From Candidatus Micrarchaeota archaeon (GTDB taxonomy: Archaea; Micrarchaeota; Micrarchaeia; Norongarragalinales; SBBD01), in contig JAHJQN010000001.1 of assembly GCA_018819225.1 (NCBI GenBank), positions 32,001 through 96,000 of the forward strand: a stretch of 64,000 bases of DNA, read 5' to 3'. The notes under the pieces are model-generated. The model was given only the letters and a program-made list of their open reading frames with translations. It was not told where the DNA came from and did no database searches. Position numbers and translations under genes: made by a program. Below are positions 7,339-17,200 of this stretch, in pieces. Numbering within the stretch: position 1 is the first letter of the stretch; each line of letters opens with the position of its first letter.

Positions 7339-8859
7339 CTAGGAAATCACCACGGATACGAGCGAGGAATTGTAGTAAACATGCAATGCGATGGATGCGG
7401 CGAGGAAAGGATACGGGTGCTTGAGCCATATTCCGATGGCGGTCAGCACGGTAAACAATACGTGCGCGAACAACGGAATCGAGCGCAAAAAGAACGCATC
7501 CACGTACGGTACAAACAGAAACGCCTCGCTTAATCCGTACCCGATTCCGATGAACGCTCCGAACAAGAGCGCGTTCTGGAGCGACTCGGGTTTCAGCATG
7601 CGCACGCCAATAAACTTCAGAATTTCTTCAATGGAAATAAGGAAGATGAGAATCATTAACAGTTTGGAATTCAAGAAAAAGAGGGTGCCAAGGACCATGA
7701 CTTGAACGGGAATGGATAAGGAAAACGCGACGAACCCCATTGCCAAAGCGGCCAACCATTTGTGTTTGAGGAGTTCGAGGACGCCTTCATACAATTGCAA
7801 GATCCCGGGATCGAGTGAGAACGCAAATTTCTCCGTGGAAAACGCGGATAAAGCGAGCAATAACGCGGTGAAGGTGATCACGAGGAATACGAGTACCGTG
7901 GGAATCGGGAACGCGGTCGCCAGGCCCGTGGTCTGGTAACTGATGTAGGTAACGGGTGACAACTCCGCAAAACGGGAGACGAGAGGGGACACGCGCAAGA
8001 GCGTGAGCACCGCTATGCCGGAAAACACCATAGTGGAACTAATGCTGGAGGCAAGGGTCGCGTTTTTCGCGTTGGAGCTCAGCGTGGAAACCAATGCGTT
8101 GAGCGATAGGATGAGCAATGAAACGAGGACGAGCATGAACCAGACCCCCAAAACATCGGTAAAGAAGATGCCGACGAGTCCCACCAGAAACAGCCAGATC
8201 AGCGTGGCGAGTCCCACGAACAACAGGTTGGCTAAAATCTTGGAGAAAAAGATTTTTTTCCGGTCGATCGGAACGGCAAACAAGACCTCGTACATGTGGT
8301 TCTCGCGATCGTACGATAGACTTTGAATGATGGGCAGGCACAACAGGAGGATGGGAGTCAGTAAAATGAAGGGGGCAAGAAGCCCTCGAACAAAGGGTTC
8401 GACCGACGTTCCTTGAATGACTTCCAGTCCCGCGCGCTGCTCGCGTCGCACGACGTTATCCAACGCGTCGCGCACTTGCGACTCGGCGAAATCCGCAAAC
8501 GGGGTTCCGTCGCCGACGAAAAGCCCGCTGGAATCCGTGACGATGAAGATGCCGGCGACCACGCGCTGGGTCAGTAATTCACGGGCATGCGCCTCATCCG
8601 TATGCATTAACGAAACAATCGTGTTCTGTTGAAGTTGGGTCACGAACTCGTTGGAATCGCCGACGACGGCGATGCGCACCAGCCGAACCGCAAAAGGTAA
8701 TGAAGGCATGGCAGAGCCTTCGGAAAACGATGCGGCTGATGAGGCGAGAAACGGCATGAGCAGTAATCCGACGAGCATGCCGAACGCGACCTTAACCAGA
8801 AAACCCTTGTCAGTAGCCGTCTGAAGAAATTCCCACTTGACGAGCGGCCAGTCAATCAC
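7339..8859 (-). CDS. ABC-2 permease fused to a PrsW-family intramembrane protease domain
   Basis: Permease motif DRENHMYEVLFAVP..KIFFSK; C-terminal EEILK, GYGLSE, AH, LHVYYN match PrsW motifs. Confidence 0.78.
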   Translation of the reverse strand: MIDWPLVKWEFLQTATDKGFLVKVAFGMLVGLLLMPFLASSAASFSEGSAMPSLPFAVRLVRIAVVGDSNEFVTQLQQNTIVSLMHTDEAHARELLTQRVVAGIFIVTDSSGLFVGDGTPFADFAESQVRDALDNVVRREQRAGLEVIQGTSVEPFVRGLLAPFILLTPILLLCLPIIQSLSYDRENHMYEVLFAVPIDRKKIFFSKILANLLFVGLATLIWLFLVGLVGIFFTDVLGVWFMLVLVSLLILSLNALVSTLSSNAKNATLASSISSTMVFSGIAVLTLLRVSPLVSRFAELSPVTYISYQTTGLATAFPIPTVLVFLVITFTALLLALSAFSTEKFAFSLDPGILQLYEGVLELLKHKWLAALAMGFVAFSLSIPVQVMVLGTLFFLNSKLLMILIFLISIEEILKFIGVRMLKPESLQNALLFGAFIGIGYGLSEAFLFVPYVDAFFLRSIPLFAHVLFTVLTAIGIWLKHPYPFLAASIALHVYYNSSLVSVVIS

Positions 8860-8862
8860 GGC

Positions 8863-9768
8863 CTACCGCCTCTTGCGCGTCACGGAAATGAATACGTCAT
8901 CCAAACTCGGATCCACGTGGTGAACCGATACGATGGAGGCCCCGGTTTTGCGAGCGGCTCGATGCACGGAAGACAGGGTCGAGCTATCGTGATAAGGGAC
9001 GAGCACGGATCGCCCGGAGACGCGTCCGCTCAGCAAGGAAGCAAACCTCTTTTCTTCGGGTTTCGATTCCTCTTTCAGGACAACGGCGAGAATTCTTTTC
9101 TTGGCAATCTTGGCTTTGAGTTCCTCGGGGCGACCGATGGCCGCAATTTTTCCTTTGTGCAAAATGGCGAGTTGGTCGCACAAGAAATCGGCTTCATCCA
9201 TGTAATGCGTGCAAACGAGAATGGTTTTGCCTTCGCGTCCCATGGACAGAATTTTTTCTCGGAGTTCGCGGGCCGACGCGGGATCCAGACCCATGGTGGG
9301 TTCGTCCAAGAAGAGGACTTGGGGATCGTGCACGAGCGCCCGCGCAATGGAAATGCGTTGCTTCATGCCTTTGCTGTAATCGCCGATTTTGCGGTGCGCA
9401 TGTTCTTCGAGTCCCACGAACTCGAGGAGCGATCGCACCCGGCGCTCGGCACGGGGAACTCGGTACAAGTCGGAAAAGAATTCGAGAAAGGACTCGCCGG
9501 TCATGTAATCATAAACGCGCGGTTCTTCCGGAAGATACCCCAATAATTTTCGTACGGATTCCGCGTTCTCGCGAATGTCGAGCCCGTCCACAATCGCCGT
9601 TCCTTCGGTAGGGGATAGGATGGTGGCGAGCATGCGCACGATCGTGCTTTTTCCTGCGCCATTAGGGCCCGCGATCCCGAAAACTTGGCCGCTTTTCGCC
9701 TTGAAGCTCACGCCATCCACGGCCACAATGGATCCGAACCGTTTCACGAGTCCTTGCGCTTCCAGCAT
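8863..9768 (-). CDS. ABC transporter ATP-binding protein
   Basis: GPNGAGKST, YSKGMKQR, FLDEPT, THYMDEA. Confidence 0.95.
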   Translation of the reverse strand: MLEAQGLVKRFGSIVAVDGVSFKAKSGQVFGIAGPNGAGKSTIVRMLATILSPTEGTAIVDGLDIRENAESVRKLLGYLPEEPRVYDYMTGESFLEFFSDLYRVPRAERRVRSLLEFVGLEEHAHRKIGDYSKGMKQRISIARALVHDPQVLFLDEPTMGLDPASARELREKILSMGREGKTILVCTHYMDEADFLCDQLAILHKGKIAAIGRPEELKAKIAKKRILAVVLKEESKPEEKRFASLLSGRVSGRSVLVPYHDSSTLSSVHRAARKTGASIVSVHHVDPSLDDVFISVTRKRR

Positions 9769-9920
9769 AAGCGAATGTCTCCTCAAACGCATGCGGATAG
9801 GGCTGGAGAGCTTTAAACGATTGCGTTTAACTCGGCAACTGGGATGGATACCTTAAAAAAATAGTCCGCTCTGTAAATACCCATACGGATATGCAACGCG
9901 TTTAGAGGGGTTTAGGCCTT

Positions 9921-10781
9921 ATGGGAGCGAAAGCATTGACGAGGGATATCAAGCAACTGAAGCTCGTCGCGAATGCCGTTCGACAGAGCATTATTCGAAG
10001 CCTCGCCGAAGCCAAGAGCGGACATTCCGCCGGGTCGCTGGGGTTCGCCGACGTGTTCACCGCGTTGTATTTTGGAATTGCGAAACACGATCCTCGGAAT
10101 CCCGATTGGGCGGATCGCGACCGCATTGTTTTGTCGCACGGTCACGTCGTCCCCGTTCGATACGCGGCCATGGCCGAGGCCGGTTATTTTCCGAAAGAGG
10201 AATTGATGACGCTGCGAAAACTCAACACGCGGTTGCACGGGCACCCGCATAACGAAGCGCTTCCGGGACTCGAATCATCCGCCGGCCCGTTGGGGCAAGG
10301 GGTTTCCATTGCCGTGGGCATGGCATTAACCGCCAAACTCGACCAGAAAAATCATTTCGTTTATTTGCTGACGTCCGACGGGGAAAGCAATGAAGGTCAG
10401 GTGTGGGAGGCGTACATGTTCGCCGCAAAAAATAAGTTGGACCACTTGATCGCCATCCTGGACCGCAACTATATTCAAATCGATGGGAACACGGAGAACG
10501 TGATGCCGTTGGAACCGTTGGCCGAAAAGTTCAGGGCATTCAACATGCATGTGTTGGAAATGGACGGGAACGACATGAAACAAGTGATGGACGCCCTCGA
10601 GAAAGCCCGGAAATTGAAAGGAAAGCCGACCATGATCATCGCGAACACGATTCCCGGGAAAGGGGTATCGTTCATGGAAAAGAATTACTTGTGGCACGGG
10701 AAGGCGCCGAATCCCGAGGAAGCGGAAAAAGCGCTCGCGGAATTGAATGCGGAAAAAACGCGTTTGGAAAACGAGGGATGA
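9921..10781 (+). CDS. Transketolase, N-terminal (TPP-binding) subunit
   Basis: SGH, DRIVLSHGH, GPLGQG, SDGESNEG..WEA, GKGV...WHG. Confidence 0.93.
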   Translation: MGAKALTRDIKQLKLVANAVRQSIIRSLAEAKSGHSAGSLGFADVFTALYFGIAKHDPRNPDWADRDRIVLSHGHVVPVRYAAMAEAGYFPKEELMTLRKLNTRLHGHPHNEALPGLESSAGPLGQGVSIAVGMALTAKLDQKNHFVYLLTSDGESNEGQVWEAYMFAAKNKLDHLIAILDRNYIQIDGNTENVMPLEPLAEKFRAFNMHVLEMDGNDMKQVMDALEKARKLKGKPTMIIANTIPGKGVSFMEKNYLWHGKAPNPEEAEKALAELNAEKTRLENEG

Positions 10782-10783
10782 CC

Positions 10784-11764
10784 ATGGCCGTTCCATTAAA
10801 CGAAAACATGTGGGATCCGGACACGTTGGAGCGCAAGCCGTCGCGTGACGGATTTGGCAAGGGGCTCGTGGCGCTCGGAGAAAAGAATCCGGACGTATAC
10901 GTGTTATGCTGCGACTTGACGGACAGCACGCGGGCCTCGTGGTTCAAGGAAAAATTCCCGGAGCGTTTTATTCAGGTGGGCGTGGCCGAACAGAACATGG
11001 CGGGCATCGCGGCCGGAATGGCCCTCGAAGGAAAAATTCCGTTCATTGCGAGTTACGCCGTTTTTTCTCCGGGACGAAATTGGGATCAATTGCGCGTCAG
11101 CGTCTGTTATTCGAACGCGAACGTGAAAATTGCAGGGTGCCATGCGGGAATATCCGTTGGACCGGATGGCGCGACGCACCAGGCCTTGGAAGACATTGCC
11201 ATCGCGCGCGTGCTGCCCCGAATGACGGTTTTGGTGCCCAGCGATTGGCTGGAGGCCCAGAAGGCCACGATCGCGTGCGGAGAAATGAACGGACCGGCGT
11301 ACTTCCGGTTCGGGCGCGAGAATGTGAACACGATTACCGTGGAAGACACGCCGTTTCGGGTGGGAAAGGCGGAAACGTTTTACGACGGAAGCGACGTGAC
11401 GATTGTGGCGAACGGGCTGATGGTGTACGAATCGCTTATGGCCGCCAAACAATTGGAAAAAGAAAACATTTCCGCGCGCGTCATCAATCTGCATACCGTT
11501 AAGCCTATTGATCGCGAGGCGCTTGAAAAAGCGGCGAGGGAAACCGGCGGGATCGTGGTCGCGGAAGAGCATCAAGTGCAAGCAGGAACCGGAAGCGCGG
11601 TGGCGGAAGTGGTTTCGGAAACGTATCCCGTCCCCATGCGGTATGTGGGAATGCCGGATCGCTTTGGGGAAAGCGGTCAACCTAAAGAACTCCTTCAAAA
11701 ATTTGGTATGACGGCCTCCCAAATTGCCTTGAAAGCTACCGACGTGTTGAAATTGAAAAAATAG
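10784..11764 (+). CDS. Transketolase, C-terminal subunit
   Basis: GVAEQNM, GPDGATHQ, EEH; adjacent to the N-terminal subunit. Confidence 0.93.
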   Translation: MAVPLNENMWDPDTLERKPSRDGFGKGLVALGEKNPDVYVLCCDLTDSTRASWFKEKFPERFIQVGVAEQNMAGIAAGMALEGKIPFIASYAVFSPGRNWDQLRVSVCYSNANVKIAGCHAGISVGPDGATHQALEDIAIARVLPRMTVLVPSDWLEAQKATIACGEMNGPAYFRFGRENVNTITVEDTPFRVGKAETFYDGSDVTIVANGLMVYESLMAAKQLEKENISARVINLHTVKPIDREALEKAARETGGIVVAEEHQVQAGTGSAVAEVVSETYPVPMRYVGMPDRFGESGQPKELLQKFGMTASQIALKATDVLKLKK

Positions 11765-11780
11765 GTTTGAGGAGTTGTTC

Positions 11781-12767
11781 ATGAAAACGCGCCCGAGTGT
11801 GTTCGTCACGCGACCCGTGCCGGGATCCGCACTGGATCGACTACGGAAAGAAGCGGATGTGGAAGTCCGCGAAGAAGATACCATCATTTCCAAGAATGAG
11901 TTATTGGAGGGCGTGAAAGGAAAAGACGCGTTGCTGTGCATCCTCACCGATCCCGTGGATCAGGACGTGATCGTTGCAGGCAACCAATTGAAAATCATTT
12001 CCAACTTCGGGGCTGGATTCGACAAAATCGACGTAGCGGCCGCCACCCGGCGCGGGATTCCGGTAACGAATACGCCGGGGGCGTTGACGGAAACCACGGC
12101 GGACATGACCATGGGGCTCATCATCGCGGCCGCACGACGTATCGTGGAAGGAGACAAGTACACGCGCGAATGCAAGTACGACGGATGGGGACCGTCGTTC
12201 TTTCTCGGAAACGAAGTGCATGGAAAAACGTTGGGAGTGATTGGCATGGGAAAAATCGGGACCGCGTTAAGCCGACGAGCGATCCACGGATTCCATATGA
12301 ACGTGCTTTACGACGATTATGGCGGGGAGCGCGAAAAAGCAAAAGAATGGGGAGCCCGATGCGTCTCCATGGAAACGTTACTGAAAGAATCGGATTTCAT
12401 TTCGCTGCATGTGCCGCTCACCCCTAAGACCAACAAACTGATCGACGAACGCGCGCTCAAGCACATGAAGCCGACGGCCGTACTCGTCAACACCTCGCGC
12501 GGGGACGTTATCGACCAACACGCACTGGCTCGCGCATTAAAAAACAAGGAGATTGGGGCCGCAGCGCTCGATGTATACGAGGATGAACCGCGTTGTCCCG
12601 TTGAACTGATCCCGTTATCCAACGTGATCTTGATTCCGCACACGGGAAGCGCTACCAAGGAAGCGCGATCCGCCATGTCGGATATGGCGGTGGACGCCCT
12701 CATCGACTTCTTCAACGGAAGAACACTTCAGAACCTCGTTAATCCGGATGCGTTGAAAAAAGGCTAG
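11781..12767 (+). CDS. gyaR: D-2-hydroxyacid dehydrogenase (glyoxylate reductase-like)
   Basis: GMGKIG, LHVPLT, NTSRG, ALDVYEDEP, PHTGSAT. Confidence 0.85.
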   Translation: MKTRPSVFVTRPVPGSALDRLRKEADVEVREEDTIISKNELLEGVKGKDALLCILTDPVDQDVIVAGNQLKIISNFGAGFDKIDVAAATRRGIPVTNTPGALTETTADMTMGLIIAAARRIVEGDKYTRECKYDGWGPSFFLGNEVHGKTLGVIGMGKIGTALSRRAIHGFHMNVLYDDYGGEREKAKEWGARCVSMETLLKESDFISLHVPLTPKTNKLIDERALKHMKPTAVLVNTSRGDVIDQHALARALKNKEIGAAALDVYEDEPRCPVELIPLSNVILIPHTGSATKEARSAMSDMAVDALIDFFNGRTLQNLVNPDALKKG

Positions 12768-14152
12768 AGCATGGGTTTGGGTTCCGACTCTTTTTTCTCC
12801 GGAATCGAGATTTGCGCGGATTTTTCCGGCGGGACCTGCGTATTGAACTCTGGAAACACGACATCCGATGGATGAGAGGAAAAGGTTTCCATGTTCGGAG
12901 ACTGCTTTTCTTCCTCATGCTTTCGCTTGCGGATGACCAGAATCGCTATGAAGAGCAGTAGAACGAACAAGAAACCTAATGAAATCGCGAGATAGCTGCC
13001 GGCATTGGTTCCCCGGACTTTGGAAGCGAATTCTTTCGCGCGTTCGCGCGCAGCCTCTACTTTGGCCAATGCCTCGGCGTAACGGCCTTGGCGTTGCAAT
13101 GAAAACGATTCTTGCAGTAACCGATCCACTTCCGAAACGTTTTCACCTCCATCCAGCGCTTCATTCCTCAAATCCTCGATATCGGAAACGAATATGGTGG
13201 GGAGCGGTGTGGGAGTGACGGTGGCATTCGGTGTCGGAGTAATTGAAACCGTGGGTATGAGGGTCGGGGTCTGCAACGGAACGCAGACGTTATCAATGCA
13301 CGTGTAACCGATGTCGCAAGACGGATTGTTGTAGAAACAACCCGGCGGATACCCGGCCGAAACGCCAACGGAGAGCGTGAAGATATTGTTTTCCTCGTCT
13401 ATTTCATCGATGACGCCTCCGGGATACACTTGAACTTGGATGGTATGCGTTTCCGCTACGGCGAACGTGGTGATCGCGGAGCTGCCGAGCTCAACGAAAA
13501 CGGAATCATTGCTGGGAACCGGCGGGACGTGAACGGCGACGAACACGTGGGATATGTTCGGCCCATCGTTGCGCGCTTCGACCGTAATATTCCAATCATA
13601 GTCCCGCGTTCCCGTGTTGTTGACCGTCACATTATCCAAGGAAAACGAGTCGTAAAGGTAACAAGTACTTCGCGGAATGCCGGTTCGATCAAAGCAGTGA
13701 TAGCCGATGCGCGTGATCTCCAAGTCCGGTAGATCAATGGATTGTGACGTGACCCCGAGTAGAGCCGTCGTCGTATTTTCGTAAGGAGTGCCTTCAAAGC
13801 TCTGACCCGCCACGCGAATGGACAGCGTATAATTTCCCGTGGTCGCATTCGGTAGGGTGGAAAACTTGAGCGTGAAATTGCGCGACTCGTTTTGAGCGGG
13901 AACCGTGACGTTCGTCGCATTCTTGATGGGGTCAAAACGCTTGACTTGCGGGGGCACGTCCGTGAGGATGGTAAACGTGCGCGGACACCAGACCCACGGA
14001 TTAATGTTCGTAATGGTCAGGATATAGGATTGCAATGAACCGGCAATGCCTTCCGAAAAATCCGGCGTCACTTGCAGGTGAGGCGGAAGCTCGCAGACCT
14101 CCGCGTGAACGAACGGAAAGAGAAAGAAAAGCACTAGGAGTGCGCGCTTCAT
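12764..14152 (-). CDS. Cell-surface protein: signal peptide, Ig-like/CARDB domains, short Cys-rich module, PT linker, helical domain, C-terminal TM
   Basis: MKRALLVLFFLFPFVHA signal; PDLEIT...IDEIDEENN CARDB pattern; TM followed by RKRK. Confidence 0.8.
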   Translation of the reverse strand: MKRALLVLFFLFPFVHAEVCELPPHLQVTPDFSEGIAGSLQSYILTITNINPWVWCPRTFTILTDVPPQVKRFDPIKNATNVTVPAQNESRNFTLKFSTLPNATTGNYTLSIRVAGQSFEGTPYENTTTALLGVTSQSIDLPDLEITRIGYHCFDRTGIPRSTCYLYDSFSLDNVTVNNTGTRDYDWNITVEARNDGPNISHVFVAVHVPPVPSNDSVFVELGSSAITTFAVAETHTIQVQVYPGGVIDEIDEENNIFTLSVGVSAGYPPGCFYNNPSCDIGYTCIDNVCVPLQTPTLIPTVSITPTPNATVTPTPLPTIFVSDIEDLRNEALDGGENVSEVDRLLQESFSLQRQGRYAEALAKVEAARERAKEFASKVRGTNAGSYLAISLGFLFVLLLFIAILVIRKRKHEEEKQSPNMETFSSHPSDVVFPEFNTQVPPEKSAQISIPEKKESEPKPML

Positions 14153-14291
14153 ACAAAACGCTAACCCGAGGTAAAATAAAAACCCGTCGGACCGAATATT
14201 CGATACGCTTATAAACGAGAACATGATGCTTTTTGGGATGAACGTTGGCATTCATTCGTTGAATTCCTTTTTGATCTAGAGGTGTGCATAT

Positions 14292-17200
14292 ATGCGTTGG
14301 TCCCAACCCCTGGTTCTTGCAATGATCTTGATGACCGCGTGGACGTCCGCGGACAGTAATTTCTTGAATGCGTGGGCGCCTCCGTTTGGTCCCGCTTCTT
14401 CCGCTATTTACGTGATGGCGGGGGTCATGAACGCCAGCAATGAAAGCCAATACCTCCCGAACTTCAATGTCACGGCATCGTTGGACGGATACAATAATAC
14501 GAATACGACGAATGGCACGGAACCGCTGGTGCTCAACCTCACCATCAACGCGAGCCTGAACGGCCAACAATACATTACGGTCTCGGACAATTCCAGCGAC
14601 CCGCAAACCAAGCTCTTGCCGTTCTTTGTAACCAACGTAGCGAATGTGACGTTCACGTTTACGAAAACCTTACCGCCATTTTCAGCGGGTAGTTCATTCG
14701 TCATTAACCTAACACTCAACCACACCAACGGATCCCTTTATGTAAATACGAGTGTGGAGAACGTGTCCGTGGAAATATTTGCCGCGAACGGAAACGAGAC
14801 CACGGGTTGGACCATATCCAATTTAAGTGCTTCGACGGATGGAACGGGAACCATCCGGTACAATATCACGATTCCCTCGACGGCAGACGGCCAATACGTG
14901 TTATTGGTGGACAAGGGCGCCGGATACCTCGTATTCCTCGTGAGCTCCGGTTACACGATGGCAGTGAGCACGCAGGATTCCAATGGGGAAACGAAAGTAT
15001 TGTTTGCTCCCGGTGAGGCTGCTTCGGTTCTCGCAAAAATCCGGGATAGCAGCAATAATCCGGTGACGGGCGCTACAGCAACCGCATACATCACGCTTCC
15101 AAATACGACCATCGTGACACTGAGCCTAAGCCAACCGAACACGACGGCATTCCCCGGGTTCTATAACGCGAGCTATACGACACCAACAACTTTCGCGGGT
15201 TTGTTCAGCGTGCGTGTGAAAGTCACCGTGGGTACGCAAAATCTCGAGGGATTCGCGCAATTCTTTACAAAAGTGTTTGTAGCGTCTTTCCAGGAAGAAA
15301 CGGATTTCTTCGATGATTGGGGAGGTTTCCGCGCGATCGTACCCGGAGGAACCGTGGCATTCGATTTGGTGGCCACGAACCTCACGGATGGAAGCATTAT
15401 AGAAGGATGGCACGGGGCGAACAGCAACACGAGCGTCAATTGCACGCAACTCGGAAATATTACGATTTTCTGGGCGCAGAACAACACGAATTATACAACG
15501 ACAACGGATAGTACGTACACGAATTCAACGTACCAATCGGTCCCCGTATGTCGGGTTTCATTCACCGCGCCTTCTCTTTCGGGACAGTGGCTCGCAAGAG
15601 TCAATGTGACCATTGGCAACTCGAGCGACAATGCGACCGGATTGTTCCTCACGCAGAACTATTTCCTCAAGGTCAAGCCCACGCAAACATTCGGAGGGGA
15701 TGAATTCTTCCAGATCTTCTCACCGGGAAGCAACGTGACGTTTGAGATCAGTAGTTATGATTTGTCGGGCGACACGACGGTCAACGGAAGCAACATCACG
15801 CAACTCGCGGTTCAACGCGTTCGCGCACTCGCATTTGGGAACGGGGGAACCGATGAGGAAAACGTTTCGTATTGGGTGAGTTATTGGGGGACTACCGGCG
15901 GTAGTCCGGAACTCATTGTCACGCTTCCAGTGAATACGACGGGGCCCATTCTCGTTGAAGTTTCCGCTAACATTACGGTGAATGGAGAAACCGGAGAAGT
16001 CATCCTGGGCAACAGCATGGTGCTCGCGAAATATATTGATGGATTCATTGAACCGACGCAAGATTTCGGAGGCGGTGACGGTCCGCAAGGTCCTCCCGCG
16101 TCTACGTGTAGTGGAGTAGAGGCATTCGCTGGAACCGTTCGAGATATCAAAACCAATCAGAATGCGCAAGGGGTTATTTTGAATGGAGTCAAGGAACTTC
16201 GAGACGAGTTCACGGGACAGGATTTGACAGGATGCGTAACCGTTTCTTCTGCCACAAGCAATAACACGGGCTCGGGTCAAAACTTCGGCTTTAACGTAAC
16301 GTTTGCGGACAACGCTTCGTGCGCTTTCTCGGGCTTTTACTTCATGATATTGAATGTAACATACCAGGGGAACGTAGACTTCCTGCCTTCGGGTTTCGTG
16401 TGCAAGCAGATGGCTTCGCAAGTAACCATTTCGGTGAATGGGCAGCAGGCGTGGCAAGTGGCACCGGATGACAACCTCTCAGTCAACGTATCCAACATCA
16501 AGGTCTTGGAGACCGGAGAAACCGTTATGGACGGATCATTCAAGGTGTTGCGCCTCATGAACTTTGATCCGAACACGGGACCGAAATTCATTCAAGTAGC
16601 CGACGGAGTGGATACGAATACCACGATTTCAAGCGGAAGCGGGGTATACAACTTAACTCCGGGTAATTTCTCAATCGGGGGCGTGAACCTAACCAAATGG
16701 CCTTCGGGATTCGTGGAATTGCATATCCAAATATGTAATACGACGGGAGACGTTTGCGACGCGGAATTCAATGGATTCGAGGTCGTGGCGTTCAACGCGT
16801 ACATCCCCATGGATGGACCGCCGGGTCAGTACTATCCGGGCCAGAACGCAACGCTGACCGTCATGGCGGCAACCAACGTTGCGCCCATCGGCAACGTTAC
16901 GGTTAAAGTCGGCCGGCCATGGGAAGGACAAGTCCAAACGGCAACCGTGAATTATCCGAACACGACGAACAACTCGGATGGATGGAACCAAACCGGGGAC
17001 ACGGGCTTCGAGAACTGGACCGTGAACTTCACGATTCCGGCTGGTTTACCGAAAGGATTCCAGGTAGCAATGATCATCGTGAACAGCTCGTACCATAATG
17101 ACACGGTGACGTTGTATTACCCGTTGCAGGTTACGAAATATCAAGTATTGATTCCCAGTCAAGAGGATGTCGAGGTTTGGAGAGACGAACTCAGCTGGCT

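Noticed and set aside
10904-11947. 347-aa minus-strand ORF and similar long antisense or alternative-frame ORFs (e.g. 45668-46585, 56761-57639, 55701-56315)
   Set aside because: Shadows of well-supported genes in GC3-rich coding DNA.
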